From Octopus vulgaris (lineage: Eukaryota): a stretch of 64,000 nucleotides of DNA. Positions 1-12,869 of this stretch are shown one piece after another (position 1 is the first letter of the stretch; each line of letters starts with the position of its first letter). A program made the translations under genes and the position numbers. The stretch is from the NCBI GenBank assembly GCA_951406725.2, contig OX597824.1, forward strand, positions 56,544,001-56,608,000, given 5' to 3'. The notes below the pieces were generated by a model that did not search any database, was not told the DNA's origin, and saw nothing but the letters and a program-made list of their open reading frames with translations.

Positions 1-810
1 AGTTGATCAGTTTGTCTACCTGGGAAACACATAACAATATGGATGTTGAAATTCCTTATAGAATTAGGCAAGCAAGTGTTGCTTTCGGAAGGCTCGAAAA
101 GCGCCTCTCGAGTCGGCGTGATATATGCAGAAAGACAAAGATAAAGGTGAACAAGGCATGGGTGCTCCCTTCTCTTCTCTATGCCTGTGAGACGTGGGTC
201 ACATATCGATACCACCTTAAGCAACTGGAACGTTTCCATCAGATGTGTCTCAGACAGTATAAGGACTTGCTGAAGAGATGCTTGCGTCTCTCCTGACACA
301 TGGGAGGGCATAGCTATTGATCGTAGCAGGTGGAGAAGGATTGTGTACGAGAGGACAAATGCTTTTGAGAAATCTCATTTTGCACATGAGAAAGTAAGGA
401 GGGATGTAAGGAAGGGCATCGCTGTTACACTTCCAAATGGGAAGGTTCTTCCTCTGATGCTGACATGCAATGTTTGTGCAAGTCTATGCCTCAGTAAAGC
501 TGGACTCAAGAGTCGTCTTCGTAGTCATAAAGCGAGACAGATGAGTGACAACCTCGCCACTGCTGGTGGTGTAACACACAATACTAATCATATCTGTCTG
601 GCATGTGGAAGAGAGTGTAATTCGGCAGAAGGAGTTAAACGGCATGCAAAGGTACATGAAGCCCAGTACAGCCGGCTATTACCGGTAAAGGGTTCAGTTG
701 CCAATTCTGTGCATTGTAGATCTGGGCTAAAAAGTCACATTCGATCACAGCACCAGTTACAGTTAAGGTTCATGCAATGACCGATGACGTGGGGGCAGCC
801 ATAATGTATA
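1..810 (+). mobile_element. RTE/Bov-B-type LINE, degenerate 3' part of ORF with C-terminal C2H2 zinc fingers
   Basis: ORF 3..296 has RTE post-RT motifs (RIRQASVAFGRL, KTKIKV, LLYACETW, LERFHQMCLR). ORF 343..780 has CNVC..SRLRSH, CLAC..KRHAKVH and a third partial finger (GLKSHIRSQH). Followed by (TATG)n. Confidence 0.8.
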
Positions 811-1197
811 TAGGCATGTATGTATATGTGTATGTATGTATGTATGTATGTATATATGAATGTATGTACTTATGTAGGTATGCTGGTATATATTTATGTA
901 TGCATGTAGATGTGTATGTAGGTATGTATGTATGTATTTAGGTATGTAAGTTTGTAGATATGTATGCGTGTAGATATGTAGGTATTTATGTATGTCGGTA
1001 TATATCTGTATGTATGTATGAATATATGTAATGTATGTATGTATGTATGTAGGCATGGGTGTATAGGTATGTATGTATGTTTATAGGTATATAGGCATGT
1101 ACATATGGATATATGTATGTATATATAGGTAGGTAAGTAGTTATGTAGGTATGTATGTATATATGTATGTATATATGTTGGTAGATATGTAGGTATG
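805..1197. repeat. Degenerate (TATG)n microsatellite
   Basis: Direct reading. Similar tracts at about 1959-2410, 6568-6827 and 8086-8240. Confidence 0.95.
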
Positions 1198-1349
1198 GGG
1201 CTGTCCTCTCATGCACAATCCTTCTCCACATGCTAAGAGCAATAGCTATGCCTTTCCATGTGTCAGGAGAGATGCAAACTTCTCTTAAGAAACCTCTTTT
1301 TTGGTTTATCTGGAGGTCGTTCTCCTTTTAGCTAACTCTCATCCTGACC

Positions 1350-1950
1350 AGCTATACAAAGTACACTAAAAAAACAGCAATTTCTTTTTTTAGAATTTGT
1401 TCACTTTTTCATGCTTATTTGCAATATTTTCAAACTTTAGTTTCATAGAATGTTTTATTTCAGTGATCTCTTTCGTAATCACAATCTTATCAACCAGCTA
1501 ACATATATTTGCCAAACAGACATTATAAAAAGTGTTTGTCAGGAAATGAAAAGTCCCAAAACTACTATTGTACATCAAAAAATTTGTCATTTGCAATTAT
1601 ATTCACTTTTTCATGCTCATTTGGAATATTTTGTCGGAAGATTTGTGAGTTCAGTGATCTCTTTGATAAATACAATCTTATTATCAATCACTTAGCATAT
1701 ATTTTCGACACAATTACAAAACGTTGAATGTACAAAATTGTTTACTTTTTCATGCTTATTTCCAATAATTTTAATATTCTATTAATTAATTATTGAATAT
1801 TATTAATATTGAATATTATTGAATATTATTAATAACTGAAAAAGTTATTTGTATGAAAAGTTTCACAAACGTGTAAAAAGACAGTGAAAAACAAAAAATT
1901 TGAATTTTTTCATTTTTTTCACTCTTTTCTGCTTGACTTTATGTGTGTAA
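1350..1950 (+). repeat. Degenerate ~140-220 bp tandem repeat family, also present at 24360-25000
   Basis: Recurring motifs tttttcatgcttatttgcaatatttt and ttcagtgatctctt..aaatataatctt at about 1400, 1605 and 1745, and again at about 24400, 24620 and 24820. Confidence 0.65.
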
Positions 1951-2293
1951 ATATTGATATGTAGGTATGTATGTACATAAGGATGTAGATATGTTTCAAG
2001 GTATGTAAGTAGCTATGTATGTAGGTATGTATGCGTGTATATATAGGGTATGTGTATATATATGTATGTATGTAAATATTACGTATTTAGGTATGTATGT
2101 ATGTATATGTATGTGTGTATGTTATGTATATAGGTATGTAGGTATATATGCATGTATGTATGTACGTAGGTATGTACGTATGTGTGTATGTATATGTGTA
2201 TGTATGTATGTAGGTATGTATATAGGCATGTATGTGTGTATGCATGTATGTATGTATTTAGATATTAGGAATGTAGATACGTATTTAGGTATG

Positions 2294-2333
<40 letters not shown>

Positions 2334-2529
2334 TATATGAATGTATGTTGATATGTATGTATGTATGTAGCTATTTAGGTATGTAGGTATTTAGGTATAT
2401 AGGTTTGTGTGTTTGCATGTTGTTTAATGATCTCTGAGAAATATAATCTTATTATCAACCAGCTATAAAAAGTACACTAAAAAACATTTTTTTTATTGTT
2501 CATTTTTTCATCCTTTGCAAGATATTATT

Positions 2530-3290
2530 TATGAAATATATAAAAAAATTAAAGATGAAAAAGCAAATTATAAACGTATAACCTATAATTCTCATTATAT
2601 ATAATACTTAAACCATATCTTTTAAAGAAACTATAAAGTTTACTTATATAATTCTAGGTTCCTATTAGTGCAATTCTTAGTAATTAATAAATGATCATCC
2701 CTCTAGTTTTAAATTTTCTAATTGAAGTTCCGATAATAGATAAATCCGTTGCTTGTGCATAGGTATGTCAAAATAGTCCCTAGCATCCTTCCTAGCACAT
2801 ATTTTATTATTGTATCTAATGAACGATTTCGTAGCCATTTTAATTACATTAACCTCTTCAAAAGCCGATCATACCTTATTCAAATGGTCATCCCTCTAGT
2901 TTTAAATTTTCTAATTGAAGTTCCGATAATAGATAAATCCGTTGCTTGTGCATACGTATGTCAAAATAGTCCCTAGCATCCTTCCTAGCACATATTTTAT
3001 TATTGTATCTAATGAACGATTTCGTAGCCATTTTAATTACATTAACCTCTTCAAAAGCCGATCATACCTTATTCATTGCGTATATTAGGGCCTTATTAAA
3101 CACAATTTCATTAATAGAAGAAGAATAATAATCTATATCTATTTGAATAAATGGATCTTTTCTATTCTGAAGCCAGGACCACAGATCTTTCTACTTAACT
3201 AAATAATCTGAAACTTCGTATGCTGATAGAGTCTAGCAAAACAAGACACAGGTTGGAACTAGTTTATTTGAGAAAAATCTATTTTATGAC
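2530..3290 (-). mobile_element. Penelope-like element RT remnant containing a 193-bp tandem duplication (2695-2882 / 2888-3075)
   Basis: Minus-strand translation gives PFIQIDIDYYSSSINEIVFNKAL, KSFIRYNNKICARKDARDYFDIPM and SFFKRYGLSI, which resemble Penelope RT motifs (FIQFDIxxFYPSI, FDVxMG). Confidence 0.65.
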
Positions 3291-3427
3291 TTTAATCGTA
3301 GATTAAAACTGCGAATTTTAACCAATCAGATTGTTTGTTTTCATGTGTAAAACTTGACTGCATTCTATTAGTGTGACGTAGAAAGCGCTTTTGTGACGTA
3401 CTAACGTTCGGAAAACTGTAAATAAAC

Positions 3428-3485
3428 ACGGCAGACGAAATACGGCTACGCATTTCGCCCGGCGTGCTAACGTTTCTGCCAGCTC
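3428..3485 (-). mobile_element. tRNA-derived SINE head fragment
   Basis: Matches the SINE head at 11487-11535 (cggcagacgaaatacg..tacgcatttcgcccg). Confidence 0.7.
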
Positions 3486-3784
3486 TTTGCTTTTTTAATA
3501 TTACATTTCGGCGAAGTTTCGCTTGTCGTAGCACAAGTTTTCCGTCGATTTCCGTAAAAAACTTTTATTTTTTTACATAAGTAATGAGAGCGAAAGAGAC
3601 TAAGAGGAAGCGATTTTATGACGAGGGAAGTTTGTCTTTGAAGTTACCGTCTAGGGGAAGCATTGATGTACATGTGTGTGTGTGTGTGTTTGATGGGGTG
3701 TGGGAGACAGTATGTTGTGTAAGTGAAGTGCTTCTGTTAGTGTGTGTGAAGAGACAGAGAGAGTAATGTGTGAAAGAGAGAGAT

Positions 3785-4102
3785 AACTGAAATTTTTACT
3801 CGGTGTATGTGTATATGTATGTCTGCATGTATGTGTGTGTGTGTATGTATCTATGTATGTATGGCCAATTCATCGTAATTACGATTACGATGAATCGGCT
3901 ATACATACATACACACACACACATACATACACACACACACATACTTACACATACATACACACACACATACATGCAGACATACAGAATGGAATTACGATTA
4001 CGATGAATCGGCTATACATACATACACACACACACATACATACACACACACACATACTTACACATACATACACACACACATACATGCAGACATACAGAAT
4101 GG
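3785..4102. repeat. Fold-back (inverted) repeat followed by a ~113-bp tandem duplication
   Basis: ATTCATCGTAAT-tacg-ATTACGATGAAT hairpin near 3870-3895, with complementary gtatgtctgcatgtatg / catacatgcagacatac arms. The right arm is duplicated from about 3991. Confidence 0.8.
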
Positions 4103-4382
4103 AAACATTTTCAATTTAATACATGTGGCTTATTAACTAGTTTTAAATATTGTTATTAGAAGGTGGCTGACTTGTTTACATTTAAGATGTTAAATACGTC
4201 ACGAAATTGGTGGTCGAGACGGAGTAAATAAAATAAAGCCGAATGACGGAATATCATTGGTTAAAATTCTAATTATTAAACAACGTTAAACTTAGAAGTT
4301 ACAATTCCGTTTTCATTCTGGTTTACAATTAAGTTTACTTTTGACACATTCTACCAGTATACGAAGTTTCAAATTGTTTGGT

Positions 4383-5700
4383 TCAGTAGGAAAAATTTGA
4401 AAAAACTGGCCTCAAAATAGAAAAGATCCGAATAAATTTATATCGATACTTTTCTTTAAACCATGATTTTAGGTAGTTAAATTTATTTAATTTATTAATA
4501 TATTTATCTAAAATGAGTTTACTCAATTTACCAAGGTCTGATTTACATGCACAAATTAATCTAACTTTAGGGTCTGAATAAAAATTATCTTTATAATCTT
4601 TCAAAATACTTCTAGGGTGCATAGGTTCATTAGGTTCAGTTTAATTATCCAACTTATTTTGAGGCCTTATTTATAGTATAAAGTGTACTATCTGGAACAA
4701 TTTTATATTTTTTAATTATCTCTTTCTCTAAAAGGTTATCATATAATTTAACATACTGTTTATATAGATTCCTAGTTTTAGATTCCTAATAATACCATCC
4801 ATATTTCTCATTTCTTTAATTCTAATATCTAAATTTCTTAAATATTCAATCTGTTTGGGAATTTAATGTCTGTTTGGGAATTTAATGTTTTTCACCACCT
4901 TTCAAATGTTATCTTCTAAGATCTGTAAATCTCAATTATATGGGGGTTCTTTTTTGGATTTAAAATTTGAAGTAAAATCATTATAATTCATAATATCATT
5001 AAAATTAGATATATTATAGTTATAATAGTAGGCTTTCCATTTAACCCTAGAAACAAAATCTGACATCTAAAATATGAATAATGATTATTTAGTTAAATAA
5101 TTTGGTAACTAAATTTTGCACTATAACTGAGTTAAGGGTATTCCTGGGTTTATTATGTTTTTTTAAGCCATATTATATATTCATAGATATAGTTTTCATT
5201 ATACATATATATATTTATTGATATAGAAAATTTATATCTTAATTATTATATTTATTGATAATAATTTAGTTATTATTCTTAAATATTTTATAATTATTAG
5301 ATTTGAACTATAAAAATATGAATAGTGATTATTTTTTTGTTAAATATTGACTATAACTGAGATTAGGTTATTCGTGTGTTTATTATGTTTTTTATATCTT
5401 AATAGATAAATACATTTTCTATCTATTTCATCTTTAAAATTTATATTTGACATTATAATTAGATTGTATGACATAATCCTAATCGTTAAAGTTTCTAATT
5501 TGATAATAGAGTTTTTTATAAGAAAAATTATTATTCTATTTATTTCTTTAAAAATATTGTTTAATAACTATTATCTTTAACATGAAGATTGGCTATAATT
5601 ATAATTCGAATTTTTAATTGAATTTAAATTATTGTAATTCGAACTGGGTTATAGCCGGAAACGTACGTAGTGGTTAACTTTTTAATACCTTTTTGATAGC
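4383..5700 (-). mobile_element. Penelope-like element, N-terminal RT remnant and degraded upstream region
   Basis: ORF 4383..4622 ILKDYKDNFYSDPKVRLICACKSDLGKLSKLILD resembles the Penelope TLKDHKxNFxxNPxCRLINPAKSExGKISKxILD motif. Internal duplication at about 5075-5165 / 5310-5395. The upstream boundary is uncertain. Confidence 0.6.
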
Positions 5701-5822
<122 letters not shown>

Positions 5823-6169
5823 AATATTAAAACAATTAAAAGTTTAAAAATTTATAAATTTAAAATTTATAAATATAAATTAAAAATTTTTAATTTAAAT
5901 AATTTAATTTTAAATTTTATATTTTATATATTTTGTATATTATAGTAACTATATTTATTTTTATGTTTTGGTTTATGTTTTTCACTGTTTGATTTGCCTA
6001 ATAGTGGTTTTAACTCTAATTTAATTTATATATATATACAGAAGGATGCCCCACAAAGGCTAGAAGTCCCAATGGTTTAACCGCGCAATCGGGTATTCAT
6101 CCACGCATGATACAGCATTAAGCTGCATATGATTGATATGAGAAATAAAAAAAAAATATATATATATAC

Positions 6170-6229
<60 letters not shown>

Positions 6230-6827
6230 AAACATTGATATACAGAAAATACATAAAATATATGGTGTGAATTATATAAAAATTTATATGTAATGAGCAA
6301 GCTATAAAAATATGCAATATATAAAAATTAGTGAGAAAAAGGCAGATATGCAGTAAATATATCATTACACATTTATTGGATGGCGTTGACACTCAGGAGT
6401 TCCTGTGCCCTATAACGGGTATTGTTTTTTATTTTGCAGGGTGTCCAATAAACACCCTCCTCACAAATCTAGCTTAATGGGGATGCCGGTTTAGTTGCCG
6501 ACAGCCCAACCATGCAACAGGTTGTACTGGGTTACATGTTATCAGTAGCACTCGAAAGTGACCTGACATACATACATACATACATACATACATACATACA
6601 TACATACATACATACATACATGCATGCATACATACAAACATACCTACATACATACATGCATACATACATACATACATACGTCCATACATACATACATACA
6701 TACATATATAACATACATTAATGCATGTAAGCATGCATATATACAAACATACCTACATACATACACAATACATACATATTACATACATACATACATACGC
6801 ACATACATACCTACATAAATACATACA

Positions 6828-7620
6828 TGGACAACTTCCAGAAATCCGTGGCCTGGCATTGCTACCAAGAAATGCTACGGCCGACCTGCCCGAGATGCAG
6901 TCAGAGTGACGAAACCGTTCTGCACGCACTCGTGCAGTGTCCAACAATTTCCGACCTGTGGGCTTATGTCGAATGACTGCTGTCACGTGTGGGACGAGTC
7001 GGTTTATCAGCTGTGTCTATCGTCAATATTTTCCCAACTCCTTCCTTCAAACGGGAAGGAACAGCTATTTTCATCATCCTTGTGGCTATGGAGAAAGAAT
7101 GTATCTAGTGGATGCATCTGAAAGGATTTGAGACAAACACTTTCCTCTCTGGTCAATCTCTCATCAACTTCTTCAAGCATCGCTTGAAAAGGAAAGTGAG
7201 AGTAGAGAGGCAAGTTTTGTCTAGCGAATATTTCAAAAAATGATGGGTGAATTTAGCAAGGATAGCACGTATGAATGACGAAGCCACCTTGAGCATAATC
7301 TTATGAACCTGGAAAATTTAAAACAGAGGGTTACCTACTTGCAAACAAATGTGGTAACATGTAACAATATTGACCGAGGTTACCGTGTTTTTTCCGTAAG
7401 CTTTTCTTCCCACGGATAAACCTTATTTTCCCCCTTTACACTTTATATCATGACACTGTGATACACGATCCCTATTGCTTTTTTTCCTTTTCCTTTTTTT
7501 CTTCTTTCACTTTTTGATCGAAAACCTACCCCACCTTTTTTTTTTTCTTTCCACAAAAATGAAAAGCTCTACTTTGTAATCTGTCCCGTCTGTGTGCAGC
7601 CCCATGTGGCTTATAAAGAA
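6828..7620 (+). mobile_element. Tx1/L1-group LINE 3' fragment (ORF2 C-terminal CCHC region and pyrimidine-rich 3' UTR)
   Basis: Translates to NFQKSVAWHCY..CPRCSQSDETVLHALVQCPTISDLWAYVE, homologous to 20920-21150. Ends in tgtggcttataaagaaa, similar to the 3' end at 21565-21585. Confidence 0.75.
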
Positions 7621-7621
7621 A

Positions 7622-8085
7622 CATCTCGAAAGAGTCCAGAGGCTGGCTACCCGCATGGTTCATGGTCTCAAAAATTTGTCCTATGAAGAAAGGCTGAGGA
7701 CGCTCGACCTTTATTCTCTTGAAAAACGCTGCCGCCGTGGTGATCTCATTCTCGCCCACAACATCATAAGCGGGAAGTGTAACCTCTCGAAAGAGCTGTT
7801 CTTCACTCCTGCTCCGGAGCGTCAGCTGCGGGGTCATTCCGAAAAGCTCTACCTGCGACGATTTCATCTCAATCGAAGGAGAGGAGCTTTCTCCGTCCGG
7901 GTTGCGGATCCGTGGAACAAGCTGCCAGACGAGATGGTGAAGATGCCGACGACCGCTTTGTTCAAAGCCTCCCTGGACCTCAAGTGGCCTGAACTCTTTA
8001 CATGAACACCACCCTGTACTTAACTCCATGTCCCCCTACATGGCCTTGCTATTTGCTTTTGAGCCAAATTAACTAACTAACTAAC
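7622..8085 (+). mobile_element. CR1-group LINE, 5'-truncated 3' end with (AACT)n tail
   Basis: HLERVQRLATRMVHGLKNLSYEERLRTLDLYSLEKR..RGDLI..FSVRVADPWNKLP, a short 3' UTR, then aactaactaactaac. Confidence 0.85.
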
Positions 8086-8337
8086 ATATATACATACATA
8101 TGTATGTATACACACATACACACATACTTACATCCATACATACCTACATCCCTACATACATACATACATATATACATACACAAAAACATTAATGCATGCA
8201 TGCATACATACATACCTACATACCTACCTACATACATACATAAAAATTAAAAGATGGTGACATACAATTGTGAGTTCCAAATTTAAAAATTAATAGAAAA
8301 TGGAGATATGTAATTGGGAATAGTTGTGAATTGTCCA

Positions 8338-8478
8338 CTTAACTTAGCAGTTCGGCAAAAAGAGACCGATAGAATAAATACTAGGGTTACAAAGAATAAG
8401 CTCTGGGCTTGATTAGCTTTACTAAAGGTGGTGTTCCAGTATGGCCACAGTCAATTGACTGAAACATGTAAAAGAGTT
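8338..8478 (+). mobile_element. SINE 3' half with CR1-like tail
   Basis: Homologous to 12355-12488 and ends ccagtatggccacagtcaattgactgaaacatgtaaaagag. Confidence 0.75.
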
Positions 8479-8673
8479 CCCTTTTCTATTCATTTTTTAT
8501 TTTTGAATTCACAATTATATATTTTCATTGTTTTAATTTGGAATTAAAAGTTGTATATATTCATGTTTGATTTTTCTATTGATAGAACTAAGACGCCTGG
8601 ATCAGACTTTATCAACCCACAATTTCATTCCTCTCTCATCTATCCTTTCTTTAGGCAATGTTGTATCTAATAT

Positions 8674-9682
8674 TGTTATGGACGCCAAGGGAAATGTAAA
8701 CGAACAAAAAAACATCATGCCCCTCATTCCATTAGTTGGAATCGAACCGGCGCTCGAGTTGTTCAGCAAAATGGTATTTCCTTGGTCCTGTCAAAGAGTA
8801 TGATTATTAATGGCCCTAGGCAGTGAACTATGGCCTCACACGGTCACGGAAAGTTTAAAAATCAGATAAAAATGCTGGGAAGGGATCTACACACTGCTGT
8901 CCCATGATATTTCTCTTCTTCTAGCTGCTGGCCGTTATAAATACGGGTGGCATTAAGTTAAAGAGTCAGTGAGAGAGATGACAGGACGAGAGGTAGTAAG
9001 GAAGATGACAGTGACCGGGGCAGAGAGAGATACATAAAGCTGGACTACTAACTATAGTGGGAGTTGTGAGGTTCAGGGAGTGTTGTGGACGTGGAACATA
9101 CGGTAATGCTTTTATTTGTGATTTGAATTTTGATGTTCAGATGAAAAAAAGAAAAACGTTTAAGAAAAATGCTTAAAAAAAAAAGAAGAGACGATGTGTT
9201 GTTGGAATGAAAAAAGAGAGAGGCTCTGACGTAACCGTTGAAAAGAAAAGGAAAAAAAAGAATTTGGAAATGTTTTTTAAAAAAAAACAGAGGAAAGTGG
9301 AACTCTAAGTGGACTGTTGATTGTGAACTTTGTGTTAAATGTAAATGATTTGTCTTGAAAAATCGAACTGTAATTGTGGCAAATGTTAAATGATTTGTTT
9401 TTCGAACTCTGTATTATGTTTAAATGCAAATGATTTGGTCTTCGAACTCTGTAAATGATTTGTCAACCTTTTTTTTTAAAGCTTTTGTTTTGTTAAAAAC
9501 AAAAATCGCTGAACGAAGCAACGACCATGTATGTCTCTTTCTTTTGTTGTTGTGTTGGTTCCTGGCTGCGCTCGCTGCCCCCCCCCTTCCCGTGGTGGAT
9601 TTCCGGTTTACTGAGTGTCATCGTCGCGACTTAGGGCTCATGGTGGAATCGGAAGGCCTTGGGCCTGAGTGGCGGCGTATCA
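8674..9682. mobile_element. Probable solo LTR (1009 bp)
   Basis: TG...CA termini (TGTTATGGACGCC ... GGCGGCGTATCA) flanked by ATAT at 8670-8673 and 9683-9686. Non-coding, more GC-rich than its flanks, with a TATAAAT near 8936. Confidence 0.6.
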
Positions 9683-9689
9683 ATATATA

Positions 9690-10830
9690 TCTTTGTTTTC
9701 TATTCATTTTTAATTTTTAAACTGAGAAATATATATCTCAATTTTCTATTTAAGTTCTGAAATTTAATATCGTATGCTATATTGTATACACATTTAATTT
9801 TTGATTCGACAATTTTATATTGCCATTTCCTATTCCTTTAAAATTTTCTTTTTTCAGATTTCTATATATGTTTATTAATTTTTGGATTGAAAATTCTATA
9901 TCTCAATTTTATATTACTTTTAATACTTGAATTGACATTTTTATATATCCATTTTGTATTCATTTTTAATTTTTGAATTTAAAATATTATATCTCCAATT
10001 TCTATTTAGTTTTAAATTTTTAATTGACAATTGTATATCTCTATTTTTGAATTGACAGCTATATATTATTTTGAATTCCCTTTTTATTTTTGTTTTCACA
10101 ATTTTATATCTTCAATTTGTATTCATTTTGAGTTTTTTATCTAACAATTTATTTTATTTTATTTTTGAATTTTTGAATTTACAATTTTATATTTCCATTT
10201 TCTATTCATTTTCAATGCCTGAATTGAAAACATTATATCTATATTATCTACGAAATTAATTTTTGAATTGACAATTGTATATCTTGATTTTGTATTCATT
10301 TATAACTTTTGAATTTGTAGTTTTAAATCTCCATTTGCTATTTAGTTTTATGAAACTTTTTCTATTAATTTTAATTTTTTAATTCACACTTATAAAACTC
10401 CATTTTCTATTCATTTTTGTATTTTTGAATTGACAGTTGTATATCTCCATTTTGTATTCATTTCTAATGTTTTAATCGTTAATTTTATATTTCAATTTTC
10501 TATCCCTTTTTGATTACAGAATTGAAAACTTTTTATCGAACTGGCAATTGTATATCTCCATTTTTAAGCATTTTAAATTTGTGAATTGAAAGTTGTGTAT
10601 ATGCATTTTTTATTCATTTTTAATTTCTGAATTGAAAATATCTGCATTATCTATGAATTTAATTTTTAAATTTACAGTTGTATATCTACATTTTGTACTT
10701 ATTTTTATCTTTTTAAGTGAAAACTTATATCTGCATTTTGTATTCATTTTTATTTTTTGAACTGAAACTTGTATATCTCCATTTTCTATACATTTCGAAT
10801 TTTTTAATTTAAAATTGTATATCTCTATTT
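9690..10830. repeat. Degenerate AT-rich minisatellite (~45-bp unit)
   Basis: Repeating ttgaattgacaattgtatatctccattttctattcattttt-like unit. Also seen at 8480-8580. Confidence 0.8.
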
Positions 10831-10904
10831 TCAGTTCTCAAAGTTACCTCCTAAGCTCAGTTCTATGAGTGCAAAACTGGTCCCAAAGTAATAAGGTTAG
10901 TTTC

Positions 10905-11330
10905 TTAGCACTAAGACGCCTGGATCAGACTTTATCAACCCACAATTTCATTCCCCTCTCATCTATCCTTTCTTTAGGCAATGTCATTCTTTTAAAAATT
11001 AAAAAAGGTAGCAGTCTTTTGCCATCAGTGCAACATGCTAATACAACTGTGTAGTGTGTTGTTTTGTGGCAACATGTTTAACAGTCACAGTATTAGCACC
11101 CTTGGCTACTACCATCTTATTTGTTGGTACATCAAATTTCAAAGAGATTTCATCCATATTCACCATCCATGAAAGTCCAAAATTAATCTTTTCTTGCATG
11201 CATGTGAAGCTTAAGTATTTGTCAGGGAATATTTTTTTCTTATTCTTGTCCTAGCCCTCATACAGAAGTTATTTCTTCTCATAAATATGGAACACCATGA
11301 TGTTGACCCTTAAAAATCATTGATATCTCT
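10905..11330 (-). mobile_element. pogo/Tigger-type DNA transposase remnant
   Basis: Minus strand reads SWCSIFMRRNNFCMRART (CENP-B HTH end), VNMDEISLKFDVPTNKMVVAKGANTV and [20 protein letters not shown] (DDE_1 motifs). Pieces are duplicated at 8587-8661 and 11945-11983. Confidence 0.75.
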
Positions 11331-11334
11331 GACC

Positions 11335-11535
11335 ATTTCACAAGGGGATAAACACAGAGGGGACAAACAAGGACAGACAAACGGATTAAGTCGATTACAT
11401 CAACCCCTGTGCGTAACTGGTACTTTATTGACCCCGAAAGGATGAAGGGCAAAGTCGACCTCGGCGGAATTTGAACTCAGAACGTAACGGCAGACGAAAT
11501 ACGACTACGCATTTCGCCCGCCAGCTCGCCGCCCT
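11335..11535 (-). mobile_element. tRNA-derived SINE
   Basis: The minus strand carries a B-box-like GAGTTCAAATTCC followed by gccgaggtcgactttgcccttcatcctttcggggtc. Homologous to 34735-34910. Confidence 0.8.
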
Positions 11536-11999
11536 TGAATGGCACCTGTCACTTCTTAATACCCATGTCTTATATGTTTAAATGGATTCTTGGCTTCACC
11601 AGCCTCTAATGTTCACCTCATTTCAATTCTCAAAATATAATTTTGCATATTGAGGGTGATATTATAATCTATCACTTTTCATATTCTCTTTATCTACATG
11701 GTGTTTGCTTTCCTACCACTAAATCCTGGTTTATTCCACTTCTTGACCTATATGTATATTTTATAATTCATAATCCTTGGTCTTCTATAATTTTGATTTA
11801 AAATTGTATATCTCTTTTTAGTTCTCAAAGTTACCTCCTAATCTCAGTTCTATAAGTGCAAAACTGGTCCCAAAGTAATAAGGCTAGTTTCTTAGCACAA
11901 AGACGCCTGGAATTTTTATCCTTTATTCTATATTTGTTATCTATAGTTGTATTAGCATGTTGCACTGATGGCACAAGACTGCTTTGTGGTAAGTAGCTA

Positions 12000-12138
12000 G
12001 GCGTAGGAGTGACTGTGTGGTAAGTAGTTTGCTAACCAACCACATGATTCCAGGTTCAGTCCCACTGCATGGTACCTTGGGCAAGTGTCTTCTACTATAG
12101 CCTCGATTTTGTAGGCGGAAACTGAAAGAAGCCCATTG

Positions 12139-12193
<55 letters not shown>

Positions 12194-12196
12194 ATA

Positions 12197-12227
<31 letters not shown>

Positions 12228-12488
12228 TGTATGTATGTATGTATGTATGTATGTATGTATGTATGTATGTATGTATGTATGTATGTATGTATGTGTTTGT
12301 GTATGTGCTTCCAACATTGCTTAATAACCAATGCTGGTGTTTTTACGTCCCAGTAACTTAGCGGTTTGGTATTAGAGATCGATAGAATAAGTACTAGGCT
12401 TTCAAATAAGTCCTGGGGTCGATTTTCTCGACTAAAGGCAGTGTTCCAGCATGGCTGCTATCAAAATGACTGAAACGAATAAAAGAAT
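12000..12488 (+). mobile_element. tRNA-derived SINE with internal (TA)n/(TATG)n and CR1-like tail
   Basis: A/B-box-like head (gactgtgtggtaag ... ggttcagtccc), ccttgggcaagtgtcttctactatagcc core, and tail ccagcatggc..tgactgaaacgaataaaagaat. Confidence 0.8.
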
Positions 12489-12602
12489 ATATATCCTTTA
12501 TTAATTTTTATTTTGTTTTTTAATTATGAAACAGGTTTTATTATTCATTCAATCCTTATCCGAACTTAATCTACAACTTTTACAATGCCCTCTTTGATGG
12601 GT

Positions 12603-12633
<31 letters not shown>

Positions 12634-12869
12634 AATATATATAATATACTCAGCTATATATTTATGATGTATATATATATATGCACATATATCTACATAC
12701 ACAACCTAAGAAACACAGATGTTTATAATTTTATCCATCAGGAAATCCCACTACTAAGATAAAACCCAAGAAGGAAACAATCATTTGAAATGCTCAAAAC
12801 AATCATAAGTAAAAGATGATCAAAGTCTCTTTAAAAAATTCCTCCCAAGTTCTAAATTCCCATACCAAC

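Noticed and set aside
6040-6567. Unique-looking segments between microsatellites with a possible splice acceptor (ttttgcag at about 6432-6439)
   Set aside because: No donor or coherent exon frame was found. More likely an unclassified repeat end.
12000-12080. tRNA gene
   Set aside because: A/B-box-like motifs belong to dispersed SINE heads that continue into SINE body sequence, and no full cloverleaf is evident.
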